A stretch of DNA of 64,000 nt from Candidatus Tenderia sp. (lineage in GTDB: Bacteria; Pseudomonadota; Gammaproteobacteria; Tenderiales; Tenderiaceae), in assembly GCA_031416075.1 (NCBI GenBank), contig JANOSY010000088.1, positions 9,504 through 73,503 of the forward strand, given 5' to 3'. Of this stretch, positions 22,795 to 35,700 are shown piece after piece. The position numbers and the translations under genes are program-made. Numbering within the stretch: position 1 is the first letter of the stretch; each line of letters starts with the position of its first letter. Under the pieces are notes generated by a model. It did no database searches and was not told the DNA's origin. It worked only from the letters and a program-made list of their open reading frames with translations.

Positions 22795-22814
22795 GAATGG
22801 CTGTTATTTTAAGC

Positions 22815-23903
22815 TTACCGGTAAATTTCACCCTTATCAGGCTCAGCATACTCCGCATTGATCGCCAGGATCTCAGGGAGCTTCTCCATAAACAGTTCAA
22901 TAAGCCGTGGCTGAAAATGGTGGCCAGACTCCTTTTGCATATATGCCACCGCCTCTTCGACCGGCCAGGCATGTTTGTATGGCCGTACTGAGGTCAAGGC
23001 ATCAAAAACATCTGCCACCGCCACAATTCGCCCCACCAGCGGAATCTGCTCACCACTAAAGCCGCTAGGGTAACCACTGCCATCCCATTTTTCATGGTGT
23101 GTCAGGGCAATCTCGCTCGCCATCGCCATCATCTCTGAATCATCCCCGGAGAGGATATCCGCCCCGATACGTGCGTGGCCCTGCATAATCGTCCACTCTT
23201 CCGCATTGAGCTTGCCCGGTTTTAATAGAATCTGATCAGGGATACCAATTTTGCCGATGTCATGCATGGGGCTGGCGTTCAGCAGCAGCTCACACTGCTC
23301 TTCATCCAGCCCAAACGCCCGCCCCAGCAGCGCAGATATCTTGCTCATCCGCAAAATGTGCATCCCAGTCTCATTATCACGATACTCGGCCGCCCGCCCC
23401 AGCCTGCGGACCACCTGCAGACGGGAGTCCTGCAGCTGCAACGTACGCTCCAGCACCCGTTCTTCGAGCTGCATGTTCTGTTGTTGCAAACATTTATGTG
23501 CCAGGCGCATCTCCAGCAGATTACGGACCCGCATCGCCAGCTCAAAACGGTCAAACGGTTTTGTCACATAGTCACGAGCACCGCCCTGCAGCGCCCGGAC
23601 TCTAAATTCCTGAGAGGACTGGGCGGTCAGCATTAAAATGGGGGCAAGGTTGTCGCCATGTTTAGCCTTCAGTCGCGCCATCACATCAAAACCATCCAGG
23701 TGCGGCATATTGATGTCGAGCAGCAACAGATCGACGTGATGCTGCTGGTAGAGCCGCTCCACCTCGCGTGAATCTCCAGTGGCAACCACATTGGTATACC
23801 CCTCCGCAGCCAGAATGCTGTTGAGCAGACAGATATTAACCGGCTCATCATCCACCACCAGAATCGACGCTGACTTTGTGTCCATATCAACCAGCTGCAT
23901 CAC
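22815..23903 (-). CDS. response regulator with HD-GYP c-di-GMP phosphodiesterase domain (RpfG-like)
   Basis: An N-terminal receiver (ILVVDDEPVN…LLLLDINMPHLDG) is followed by HDIGKIGIP…HHEKWDGSGYP (HD-GYP). Confidence 0.85.
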   Translation of the reverse strand: MMQLVDMDTKSASILVVDDEPVNICLLNSILAAEGYTNVVATGDSREVERLYQQHHVDLLLLDINMPHLDGFDVMARLKAKHGDNLAPILMLTAQSSQEFRVRALQGGARDYVTKPFDRFELAMRVRNLLEMRLAHKCLQQQNMQLEERVLERTLQLQDSRLQVVRRLGRAAEYRDNETGMHILRMSKISALLGRAFGLDEEQCELLLNASPMHDIGKIGIPDQILLKPGKLNAEEWTIMQGHARIGADILSGDDSEMMAMASEIALTHHEKWDGSGYPSGFSGEQIPLVGRIVAVADVFDALTSVRPYKHAWPVEEAVAYMQKESGHHFQPRLIELFMEKLPEILAINAEYAEPDKGEIYR

Positions 23904-24023
23904 CTCACCCTATTTAATCAAATTCATCTATACCACCTACACACTCTCAACCCAGAAGAGTATCGACAGGGATCAACAAAATATTACCCGCACCCTCACC
24001 ACAACCCCCACTCAGACGGCGGT

Positions 24024-24497
24024 TTATTTGCGGCGTTGACGAAAAAAGCCGGTCAACAACATCGAGCACTCTTGTTCGAGCACCCCCCCCAGCAGTTCGG
24101 CCTGATGGTTGTATTGCCCCGAATTCAATACGCTAAAGCGGCTGCCCGCTGCCCCCCCTTTAGGATCATAAGCGCCAAATACTACCCGCGCCACCCGTGC
24201 ATGAATAATCGCACCGGCACACATGGTGCATGGCTCGAGGGTAACATAGAGGGTAGTATCGATCAGACGATAGTTGGAGAGCGCCTGACCGGCGGCGCGT
24301 AACGCCTGCATCTCGGCATGGGCAGAAGGGTCGCTGTTGATGATCGGGCGGTTCCACCCCTCGGCGATCAGCTGGCCATGCCTGACCAGCAGCGCCCCCA
24401 CCGGCACCTCGCCTTCACGTCCGGCCTGCTCGGCAAGACGCAGCGCACGGCGCATCCAGTAGTGGTCCGGCGATTCAAGCGTGAGGACGTCAGCCAT
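24024..24497 (-). CDS. tadA: tRNA-specific adenosine deaminase
   Basis: …HAEMQALRAAGQ…LYVTLEPCTMCAGAI… CDA zinc motifs. Start was set at the internal ATG (MADVLTLESPDHYWMRRAL…). Confidence 0.9.
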   Translation of the reverse strand: MADVLTLESPDHYWMRRALRLAEQAGREGEVPVGALLVRHGQLIAEGWNRPIINSDPSAHAEMQALRAAGQALSNYRLIDTTLYVTLEPCTMCAGAIIHARVARVVFGAYDPKGGAAGSRFSVLNSGQYNHQAELLGGVLEQECSMLLTGFFRQRRK

Positions 24498-24825
24498 TAG
24501 AAACAGCTCCAATAACATTCCGGGCGGCCCGCACCAACTCATCCAACCCCTGTTTGTAACCCTTCATCTGCTGGACAAACGGCTCGTCAGGCACGGCATC
24601 AAGGGCGGCATCAAGGGCCTGGTTCACTGCCAGACGGGATGGCTCAATCCGCTCCCCTTTCAGCAGACGCATCACACAACCAGCAATGTGGCTATCGTAC
24701 GCCACCAGACCAGACTTCAGCCCGGCGGTGGCCACTGTCGCCCCGCTCGGAAAGGGGCGCTGCTGATGTATTCCAAACAGCCGCTCAAGCTCGCTCATAT
24801 CTGCATCTGCGCTAGAGGTCGCCAT
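24490..24825 (-). CDS. hypothetical 111-aa protein, translationally coupled between the 812-aa gene and tadA
   Basis: The ORF's start overlaps the stop of the upstream 812-aa ORF (ATGA-type), and its stop overlaps the tadA start by 8 nt. No recognisable family. Confidence 0.55.
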   Translation of the reverse strand: MATSSADADMSELERLFGIHQQRPFPSGATVATAGLKSGLVAYDSHIAGCVMRLLKGERIEPSRLAVNQALDAALDAVPDEPFVQQMKGYKQGLDELVRAARNVIGAVSNG

Positions 24826-27263
24826 CAGCTGTACCAGAACGAGTAGATGGCACCGGTTGGGGTGAAGGTGCCCCCCGGTGGACCCTGGATTTTTCTGCTG
24901 CTACGCCCCTCCTCATCTGTCCAGGCAAAATCACCGCCACCGCCCCAACAGGCCTGGGCATCCTGGGTATACTGCTCAACACTCTGTCCGGCCCCATGTT
25001 TGTTGTGATGGTAGAAGATGCTCTCCATGGCATTGGTAAATGAACCTTGGCTCCAGCCCCCCTTGGAGAGGTGGGCACCCACAAGAACCGGCAGATTTTT
25101 ACCCGGATGGGCCTGAATCAACCCCTTCAACACATCAATGCCATCACCATTACCCAAGTTCAATTGGTGATAGGCCGCAAGTACGGCGGTCGGGGTGGTG
25201 CTGCTATTGCTTACCATACTCCGAATCACTGCATCAGAGGCCAGACCCAACAAGGTGATCATGTCGGCCACCACATACCCCTTTGTCACCAGCCACTCCT
25301 CAAGCACATGTGCAGTAAAACCATCAGGGCGCGCAAGCAGGATTCTAAGCTGGGTAGAGTCGGCCTTGGTATACAGCTTCAACAGGGTTGCCGGATTGGG
25401 TTCATTAAAATCAACACGATCCAGCAGGAATACCAGATCGTCAGTGCTCCCTTTTTTGAGGAGTTTGGTGAGCTGTGCCTGGCTGACCTTGTCGCCAATC
25501 AGGCCGAGCAACGCCTCACTATCCTCAAGATTGCCTGCGCCGTGGGTAAGCGCCCAGGCGCTCATCTCCACGCCATGGGCATTACAGAAAGTAGTTAATT
25601 TTTTGACCGATACCTGTCCGACGGTGACGGCACGGTGCAACGCATCCAGGGCGTCGCCAAAAGGGAGCTGTGTATTCAAAAAATTGATGATCTCCGCTCC
25701 CTCTGCTGGCGCGGCGGCCATAGCGCTGGCCACCTTCAGGAGCTGGGGTGTCGCAACCCTGGCCGTAAGCTGATAACTGGCCACACTACGCGCTATCAGG
25801 GGGTCACAACCGGCCTGAATGGCAATCTCCAGCGCCTGTTGCAAGGTGGCAATGCCCGTGGCTACAGAGGTGAGTCCTATGGCCCACTGCGCCCGATCCC
25901 GCTGGTCAAGCCCTGTCAACTGCGCACTGGTTTGCAACGCCGCCAGGGCCTCGGCAACCGGCTCCCGGCCACTAGCCAGCTGTAACGTCCAGCCCGCAAG
26001 TTCAACCCCGAGGCTGACACTCCAGCTGACCATAAACCCGCTCATCTCATCATGGCGCTGCTTTTTAAGGCCCGGTTTCTGGCCATCGGCACCGGTAATC
26101 TTCGTCTCCTCCAGCAGAATATTCGCCTGCCCCTGAGTCCGGCCATCACTGTCAATTCTCCAGCCATTGACGCGGTCATCGTACGCCCCCTTCTTCTCCT
26201 TTTTTCCACGTACAGGCTTGCTGCCCGGATCAGCGGGAAGTCCGCTCTCCAGCCGCAGCTTCTCGGTCTGGGCATCCTGCTTGATCTTGTCCACCCCCTC
26301 CTGCGCGAGGGTATCGGACTGGCTTTCAGACCACCCCTCCAGCGCAAGGTCATAACCCCAAGTAGCCAACGTGGTCATACGCCCCGCAGCCGCGCTGATA
26401 TCAAATCCCTCTTCACTCAGCACCTGCTCAGAGACCACATCCGCCTTTGGATTGGCGCTGTAACTCGTCAGATACAGGGCAACATTAGCAGCGCTGGCAG
26501 CACTATTATGGACCAGTGGACAGGCACGATTCACAAGTGCGGCGGCACCACCGCCCGCCACCTGCAGCAGCTGTCCGAGTGCAACAAGCTGTGGCACCGC
26601 CTGATCAACCCCGCCACACCGCGTACCCAACAGCAGTACCAGCTCCGCCAATGACGGACTATTGTTGGCCGCAGTCAGGGCCGTGAGCGCGGGCTGAAGC
26701 GCGGCATGTGCAGGCACGGCCGCCACGGAGAGCTGCCCGCCAAGCTGGATGAGATTACGGATGTTGGCACCGAGGGTATCGCCATCGGTGCTGGGGGCGG
26801 TCAGGCAGTCGTTATCCAGCTGGGTTCGCAGGGCATTCCAGTTGCTCACCGCCGGGTTGCCCAACTCCAGCAGCAGGCGGGCGGGCCAATGTTGTTGTAG
26901 TGTACTGAAGTCAGTACTGGCCTGCTGCACAGCCACTTGACCTAGAATAGTGGTTTTTCGATTGGCAACGATCATCTGGGCGCGGGTCAAGTCGAGCGGG
27001 GTGCCACGACGCTGAAGGGGGGCCTCCCGTAGCTGCAAGGCGCTGCCAAAGGTACGGGAGAGCTGCTGGCGCTGGGCCACCATGCCAGGGCTGGCATGAA
27101 TACTGGCGGCCAACCGACGCTGGGCAGTGGCGGCGGGGCGATTATCAACAAACAGGGGGTTCGCTGATGGTACACGGGCATCCTCAGGCTCAGATGCCGG
27201 ATGGCGGTTCTGCCGCTCTGTTGATCTCTGTCCTGAATCCCGCATCCTGCGCCCACCATTCAT
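24825..27263 (-). CDS. large uncharacterised Ala/Leu/Gln-rich protein (812 aa); possible secreted effector/toxin-like protein
   Basis: Continuous 2.4-kb ORF with a basic, Gln/Arg-rich N-terminus (…AQRRLAASIHASPGMVAQRQQL…) and a long low-complexity helical middle. It has a distinct C-terminal region (…FYHHNKHG…CWGGGG…) and no housekeeping homolog recognised. Confidence 0.6.
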   Translation of the reverse strand: MNGGRRMRDSGQRSTERQNRHPASEPEDARVPSANPLFVDNRPAATAQRRLAASIHASPGMVAQRQQLSRTFGSALQLREAPLQRRGTPLDLTRAQMIVANRKTTILGQVAVQQASTDFSTLQQHWPARLLLELGNPAVSNWNALRTQLDNDCLTAPSTDGDTLGANIRNLIQLGGQLSVAAVPAHAALQPALTALTAANNSPSLAELVLLLGTRCGGVDQAVPQLVALGQLLQVAGGGAAALVNRACPLVHNSAASAANVALYLTSYSANPKADVVSEQVLSEEGFDISAAAGRMTTLATWGYDLALEGWSESQSDTLAQEGVDKIKQDAQTEKLRLESGLPADPGSKPVRGKKEKKGAYDDRVNGWRIDSDGRTQGQANILLEETKITGADGQKPGLKKQRHDEMSGFMVSWSVSLGVELAGWTLQLASGREPVAEALAALQTSAQLTGLDQRDRAQWAIGLTSVATGIATLQQALEIAIQAGCDPLIARSVASYQLTARVATPQLLKVASAMAAAPAEGAEIINFLNTQLPFGDALDALHRAVTVGQVSVKKLTTFCNAHGVEMSAWALTHGAGNLEDSEALLGLIGDKVSQAQLTKLLKKGSTDDLVFLLDRVDFNEPNPATLLKLYTKADSTQLRILLARPDGFTAHVLEEWLVTKGYVVADMITLLGLASDAVIRSMVSNSSTTPTAVLAAYHQLNLGNGDGIDVLKGLIQAHPGKNLPVLVGAHLSKGGWSQGSFTNAMESIFYHHNKHGAGQSVEQYTQDAQACWGGGGDFAWTDEEGRSSRKIQGPPGGTFTPTGAIYSFWYS

Positions 27264-27332
27264 TACCGTGAAGAGATATCAAATCTCCGCTATACGTTAG
27301 TCACCACATCAGGGCGACAGATCAGCACCCGT

Positions 27333-28904
27333 TCACTCCCACTCGATGGTGCCGGGCGGTTTACCGGTAATGTCATAGACAACCCGTGAGATACCGGCCA
27401 CTTCGTTCACAATACGGCGCGATACATGGTCGAGAAAAACGTAGGGCAGATGAGCCCAGCGGGCAGTCATAAAATCGACGGTCTCAACGGCACGCAGTGC
27501 CACCACATATTCGTAACGACGACCGTCCCCGGTAACACCAACGGATTTGACTGGCAGAAAGACCGCAAACGCCTGGGATGTTTTGTCGTACAGCTCATGT
27601 TTACGCAGCTCTTCGATGAAGATGTGGTCCGCCAGACGCAGAATATCCGCGTACTGCTTTTTCACTTCACCCAGGATGCGCACCCCCAGACCGGGACCAG
27701 GGAATGGGTGACGATAGACCATCTCGTAGGGCAGTCCCAGCTCAACACCCAGCTTCCGCACCTCATCCTTAAACAGCTCACGCAGCGGTTCCAGCAGCTT
27801 GAGCTTCATATTCTCCGGCAGACCGCCCACGTTATGGTGCGATTTGATGACATGGGCCTTGCCATTTTTAGAACCCGCCGACTCAATCACATCGGGGTAG
27901 ATGGTCCCTTGCGCCAGCCACTTGGCTGAGGTGAGTTTGTGCGACTCTTCATCAAAGATCTCCACAAACAGGTTGCCGATCACTTTACGTTTCTTCTCGG
28001 GATCACTGACACCCGCCAGGGCATCCAGAAAACGCTGCTCCGCATCAACACGGATCACCTTGACGCCCATATGCTGGGCGAAGGTCGCCATCACCTGATC
28101 CCCTTCGTTGTAGCGCAACAGGCCATTATCCACAAAGACACAGACCAGCTGTTTGCCAATCGCCTTGTGCAGCAGCGCCGCCACTACCGAGGAGTCAACA
28201 CCACCAGAAAGCCCCAGGATCACCCCATCACTACCGACCTGCTCACGAATAGAGGTGATAGCCGCCTCCGCGATATTGTCCGAGGTCCAGCTAGCACCAC
28301 AGCCACAGATCTCATGCACAAAACGCTCGAGGATGCGCTGCCCCTGACGGGTATGGGTCACCTCGGGGTGAAACTGGACGCCGTAAAAATGACGCGCCTC
28401 ATCGGCCATGCCGGAGATGGGGGCAGATTCAGTGGAGGCCATCAGTCTAAAGCCCGGCGGAATCACCACCACACGGTCGCCATGGCTCATCCAGACATCA
28501 AGAATGCCGTGCCCCTCATCCGTCGACTGGTCTTCAATATCATTTAACAGCGCCGTATGGCCAAAGGCACGCACTTCGGCGTAGCCGTACTCGTGGTGAT
28601 CCGCATTTTCAACCCGCCCCCCCAGCTGCACCGCCATGGTCTGCATCCCGTAACAGATGCCAAAAACCGGCACCCCCAGCTCAAATACCAACGCCGGTGC
28701 GGTCGGGGCATCGGTCGCTACGGTGCTCTCCGGTCCACCGGAGAGGATGATTCCCTTGGGGGCAAAGGCACGAATATCGGCCTCAGCCATATCCCACGGA
28801 TGCAATTCACAATAGACCCCCGCTTCACGCACACGGCGACCAATCAGCTGGGTGTACTGAGAACCAAAATCGAGAATCAAAATACGATCAGAGTGGATAT
28901 TCAT
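27333..28904 (-). CDS. guaA: GMP synthase (glutamine-hydrolysing)
   Basis: [38 protein letters not shown]… matches full-length GuaA (523 aa). Confidence 0.95.
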   Translation of the reverse strand: MNIHSDRILILDFGSQYTQLIGRRVREAGVYCELHPWDMAEADIRAFAPKGIILSGGPESTVATDAPTAPALVFELGVPVFGICYGMQTMAVQLGGRVENADHHEYGYAEVRAFGHTALLNDIEDQSTDEGHGILDVWMSHGDRVVVIPPGFRLMASTESAPISGMADEARHFYGVQFHPEVTHTRQGQRILERFVHEICGCGASWTSDNIAEAAITSIREQVGSDGVILGLSGGVDSSVVAALLHKAIGKQLVCVFVDNGLLRYNEGDQVMATFAQHMGVKVIRVDAEQRFLDALAGVSDPEKKRKVIGNLFVEIFDEESHKLTSAKWLAQGTIYPDVIESAGSKNGKAHVIKSHHNVGGLPENMKLKLLEPLRELFKDEVRKLGVELGLPYEMVYRHPFPGPGLGVRILGEVKKQYADILRLADHIFIEELRKHELYDKTSQAFAVFLPVKSVGVTGDGRRYEYVVALRAVETVDFMTARWAHLPYVFLDHVSRRIVNEVAGISRVVYDITGKPPGTIEWE

Positions 28905-28983
28905 GTCAGATATGCTTCGCTGAAAAGGGGTCTGTTACAGCAGGTGCAACGCATAGCGCGCCACACCTGCCCCACGTGTGGAA

Positions 28984-31009
<2,026 letters not shown>

Positions 31010-31492
31010 ATGAAGATAGGCAATCTCATCACCCTACTACTGCTGGCACTGTCAGGCATCGGAGCAGCATTGGCCGACGGCGGCATTGAACTCACCATGG
31101 TCGCTCAGGAGCAGATCATCAGCCAGGATGCCAATGGCAAACAGGTAATCACCCTAACCAACCCCGCCTCTGTTGTGCCCGGCGACACCATTGTCTACAC
31201 CACCCACTACCGCAACAAGGGCAAAGTAATTGCGGAAAACGTGGTGATCACCAATCCCATCCCCAGCGACACCGCCTATATCACCCACAGCGCTTCCCAG
31301 GCAAATGCCAGCGTCAGTTACTCCGTGGATGGTGGCAAGCAGTTTGATACTCCGGCCAACCTGACCATCACCGGCAGCGACGGCAAACCACGCCCCGCCA
31401 CCGCCAATGACTACAGCCATATTCGCTGGACCCTGAAAAGCATCGCGCCCGACGCCAGTGGCAGTGTCAATTTTCACGCCCTGGTGCGCTAA
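31010..31492 (+). CDS. small secreted DUF11-repeat protein (160 aa)
   Basis: The ATG at 31010 has an AAGGAG SD and encodes signal peptide MKIGNLITLLLLALSGIGAALA. The DUF11-type motif is PGDTIVYTTHYRNKGKVIAENVVITNPIP. The track ORF starts upstream at 30935. Confidence 0.75.
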   Translation: MKIGNLITLLLLALSGIGAALADGGIELTMVAQEQIISQDANGKQVITLTNPASVVPGDTIVYTTHYRNKGKVIAENVVITNPIPSDTAYITHSASQANASVSYSVDGGKQFDTPANLTITGSDGKPRPATANDYSHIRWTLKSIAPDASGSVNFHALVR

Positions 31493-31709
31493 GCCAAACA
31501 GACAATGAGGCATTTAAACATGGACCGCAACCCACCCACCAACAGCGCCTGCCGGGCGTTTTGTGACATTAAGATCCTGGCCCGAATCCGCGGATCACCG
31601 CACTGACGACCACCATTGTTTCAATCTGACACGCAATAGAAGTTATCAGATGGGCGCGCGGGAAGTGCGCCAACCGAATCAGGGAAGATCCAGACAGGAG
31701 ATTACGAGG

Positions 31710-32771
31710 ATGAATAAAATACAAACTAACCACAAAAGGCTCAGCATCGGCGTTGCCGGTTTGATGATTATGGCCGCATCACCACACGCCCTGGCGTTAA
31801 CCGCCTCCGGCACCAACATCAGCAACAGTGCAACTGTCAATTATAATGTCTCGTCCACCCCACAGACCGCCATCACCAGCAATACTGAAACATTTATGGT
31901 CGACGCCAAGGTGGATCTGACCGTTGCCGGCACAGGGGGCAATATCAACGTCACCCCCGGCACCACCGCACAGGTGTTGAAATTCACCGTCACCAATACT
32001 GGCAACGAGGCGTTTGACTACGCCTTAAGCGCTGTGGCAGGGACCTTGAACTTCACCCCCACCAACGTCGCCATCTACGTGGATGATGGCGATGGTATCC
32101 GTAATGGCGCTGATACATTGACCAGCACCATCACCAATCTGGCAGCAGGCCTCGGCAAGGTGGTCTTTATCCAGGCCGACATCCCCGCCGGTGCCACCAA
32201 TACCCAGACGGCCAGCTACAACCTGAAGGCAGTGGCTGCCCTGGCCAGTGCGGCCGGGCCCATTCCTGCGGAAGCGGCTAACGTCAAAACCACCAAGCAG
32301 TATGTCTATGCCGACGGTGCTGGCAGTGCCCCAGGGGATGCCACACGGGACAAGACCCACTCCACCAGTCTGACCTACACGGCGGTCACCTCATCCCTGA
32401 CCATCAGCAAAGCATCCGCCGTGGTCTGGGATCCGGTCAATCTCGGTGTCAGCCCGCTGCATATCCCCGGCGCAGTGGTGGAATACACCATCACCATCAG
32501 TAACGGTGCCGGTGGCGCTCAGGCCGATGCCATTGTGCTCACCGATACCCTGGCAGCCAATCTGACCATCCCCCCTACCAGCAATAACTTTGCTGCTGGC
32601 AGGTCGATGCAGATCACCTCACCCAACCTTTACTCGGGTGCGGCAACGGCCCTGACTGACGCCAGTGATGCGGATCAGGGGACGGTGGCCGGGCAGCTGG
32701 TGACCGTCAACGGCATTGTGTTGACGGCCGGACAGTCGGCAACCGTCAAAATCAGGGCTGAAATTCAGTAA
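31710..32771 (+). CDS. secreted DUF11-repeat protein (353 aa)
   Basis: The ATG at 31710 (AGGAG SD) encodes signal peptide MNKIQTNHKRLSIGVAGLMIMAASPHALA. The C-terminal DUF11 motif is SPLHIPGAVVEYTITISNGAGGAQADAIVLTDTLAANL. The track ORF starts at 31563. Confidence 0.75.
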   Translation: MNKIQTNHKRLSIGVAGLMIMAASPHALALTASGTNISNSATVNYNVSSTPQTAITSNTETFMVDAKVDLTVAGTGGNINVTPGTTAQVLKFTVTNTGNEAFDYALSAVAGTLNFTPTNVAIYVDDGDGIRNGADTLTSTITNLAAGLGKVVFIQADIPAGATNTQTASYNLKAVAALASAAGPIPAEAANVKTTKQYVYADGAGSAPGDATRDKTHSTSLTYTAVTSSLTISKASAVVWDPVNLGVSPLHIPGAVVEYTITISNGAGGAQADAIVLTDTLAANLTIPPTSNNFAAGRSMQITSPNLYSGAATALTDASDADQGTVAGQLVTVNGIVLTAGQSATVKIRAEIQ

Positions 32772-32776
32772 CGCTG

Positions 32777-35700
32777 ATGTCCTGCACTGTTGTAAGGGCA
32801 ATCACAGCTCTCTGTCCCGGCCCACTGGCCGGGCAGCGGGCCCCCTTACACCTTTATATAACAACCCTTCTTGGATTCCTGGTACTGCTCTGGTCAACCA
32901 CGACCCTGGCCGTCCCCCCTGGCACCATCATCAGCAACGTTGCCAGCATCAATTACACCATTGGCGGCCTACCCGGTCTGCCACTCAGCTCCAACATCGA
33001 TCAATTTACCGTGGTCGCCGCCGCCAATACGGTGGATGGCACCATGAGTGTGGCCGCGCCAGGCGGTAATCTATATGCCGGTTCGCCCCGCGCCACCACC
33101 ATCACCCTTAACAATACCGGCACCACCCTGCTGAACAATCAACAACTTACCATTACCGCACCGCTTAACAGCCAAGTAACACTGACCGGCAGTGGGGTCA
33201 CGCTGGCCGCTTCCATGAGCAGCAGCACTACCACCACCTACATTTTTAACGTGGCAGATCTACCGGTTGCTGGCAGTCAGGACCTCCAGCTGGTACTGAC
33301 CGCAGCCCCCACCGCTGTCAGCCGCCCCCAGACATTCACCGTTGCACACAGTGTTGATGGCACAACACTCCAGCAGCAATCCCTGACACTGAGCGCCTTG
33401 CCACGCACGGCGGCCAGACTGGAGATTCTGCAACACTCCCTCAGTAACAGGGCACTCTCGGCCATCGTCAATTCCACGCTGATCCGGGGGGAGAGCGGTA
33501 CCTTTACCCCCATTGCGCCGCCGACACTGCCGGAGGCACCAGACCGGCTAGTGACCGACAGCCCCATCACACTGGAGCCTGCCAACGTATTCAGTAATAT
33601 CCAGACGCTTTTTATCCGGGTCACCGATCTGGATCAAAATCTCGACAGTACGGTTCAGGAGAGTCTCGACATCACCATCAAGCTGCCCGATCGAGACGAC
33701 TATGTCACGCTGCGAATCCTCGAAACCGGCATCGCAACCGGCATCTTCAGCGGTTACGTCACCTTTGAAAAAAACAGCGCCACCAGCAGTGGCGCGCTAC
33801 CGGTCAAAAGCAATTCCAAGCTGCTGGTCAGCTATACCGATACGATCGATGGTGACGACAGTGTCGCCGAGACCGTGCTGATCGACCCCTACGGCGTGGT
33901 ATTTGACAGCGCCACCGGCCAGCCACTGGATGGTTACACCGTACAGATGGTCAACACCGATACCGGCCTGCCCGCCACGGTCTATGGCGATGACGGTGTC
34001 AGCAGCTACCCCGCCACCGTGATCACCGGCAGCCCGGTGACCGACAGCAGTGGCAACCTCTACAGCTACAATACCGGCGAGTACCGTTTTCCACTGGCCC
34101 CAGCGGGTAATTACAGACTGGTCGTCACCTCACCCAGCAGTGCCCAGTATCGCTGGCCCTCAACCCAGTCAACCGAACAACTCCATAACCTCTCCCGCAG
34201 CAACCTTGCCATCACCCTCGGCTCGCGGGGTGAGCGCTTCCCGCTGCTGCCAGGACCACCGCTGCATATTGATATTCCTGTGGATCCGCTCACCACCCAG
34301 CTCTACCTCCAGCGCAGTGCCAACCGCGAGAGTGTCGCGACGGGTGACCTGATCCGCTACAGCGTCCAGGTTGAGAACAGCACCGCCACCACCCTCAACG
34401 ATGTGGTGCTGACCGAGTCCCTGCCCCACGGTTTCCGCCTGGAGCCAGGCTCCATCAACATGGACAACAACCCGCAACAACCCGCCACCATTGAGCCACA
34501 AGGTACAACCTTCACCCTGAATCTCGGTGCCATGATCGCCGGTGAGCGCCGCCAGATCCGCTACGTCAGCGCCGTGGGTGCAGCACGCCAAGGACTGGCC
34601 AGCAGCAGTAGCCACGCCCGCGCCAACAGCGGTGCCGCCAACTCCAACCACGCCAGACACGATGCCATGGTGTTTGATGAGTTGATGCGTGGCCGCGCCC
34701 TGCTGCTCGGGCAGGTCATTATCAACCCCACCGACAACGACCCCACCCCCGCCAGCGGCTTAAAAGGGGTGCGTATCTATATGGAAGATGGCCGTTACGC
34801 CATCAGCGATGAACGGGGCATGTTCCATTTTGACAACCTCACCCCCGGCAACCATCTAGTACAGCTCGATACCGCCACCCTGCCAGACCACTATTCGCTG
34901 GTGATGGGCGACCAGGACACACGCAACGCCCACAGCCCCAGCTCGCAATTTATCGACCTGCAGGGCGGCACACTCTGGCGTACAGAGTTCCACGTTGCCC
35001 GCAAGCCCACCCCCACGGGGGCGCTATCACTGCAACTCAGCAACACCGCACCCGACAGCCAAGGCAACATCCCCTATCAGGTAACGCTGGAGAACCGGGG
35101 TGTCAGCGCCAGCAACCTGCGGTTAACACTCATGATCCCCGCCACCACCCACTACCAGCCCGGCAGCAGCCACGTTGGCGGCCACCCCGTTGGCGATCCT
35201 GATATTGTCGGCAACGTGCTCATTTATCGCCTGAACAACGACCACCCAAGCGGTGGCTGGCAACGTCAGCTCCACCTCACCCTGCAGGGCGACACTGGCA
35301 ATAGTGCCAGTGGTGACAGCCGCGAATTGACCACCAAGGCGTCACTCCAGTTTGATACCCCCGCCCAGCAGAACCAGCGCCTGCCACTGCTGCAACATAC
35401 CTTTACACTCACCACGGAACAGGTCAAACAGGGGGAACAGAAGGTCCTGGCCGAAAGCCTCACCCTCGACAACTTCAACGGCAGCAGCAATGACCTCAGC
35501 GAGGAGCATAAAACAGTCGTGCAACAGCTGGCAGAACGCTGGGCCGGCCAGGATATCCACATCCACGCCATCGGCCACAGCGACAGCCGGGACATTATTC
35601 AGAAGGAGAAGGAGGACCAGCGCCTGTTTGCCAACAACCAGATCCTCTCTGAATATCGCGCCCATGAGGTCGCTAACCAGCTCCGCCAGCAGCTCTCCCT

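Noticed and set aside
24825-27263. Assigning the 812-aa protein to DUF4157/zincin effectors or to an HNH/AHH nuclease toxin
   Set aside because: There is only motif-level resemblance at the N-terminus and no HExxH, and the YHHNKH segment does not match a full HNH signature by eye. It is reported as a hypothesis in findings rather than as an annotation.
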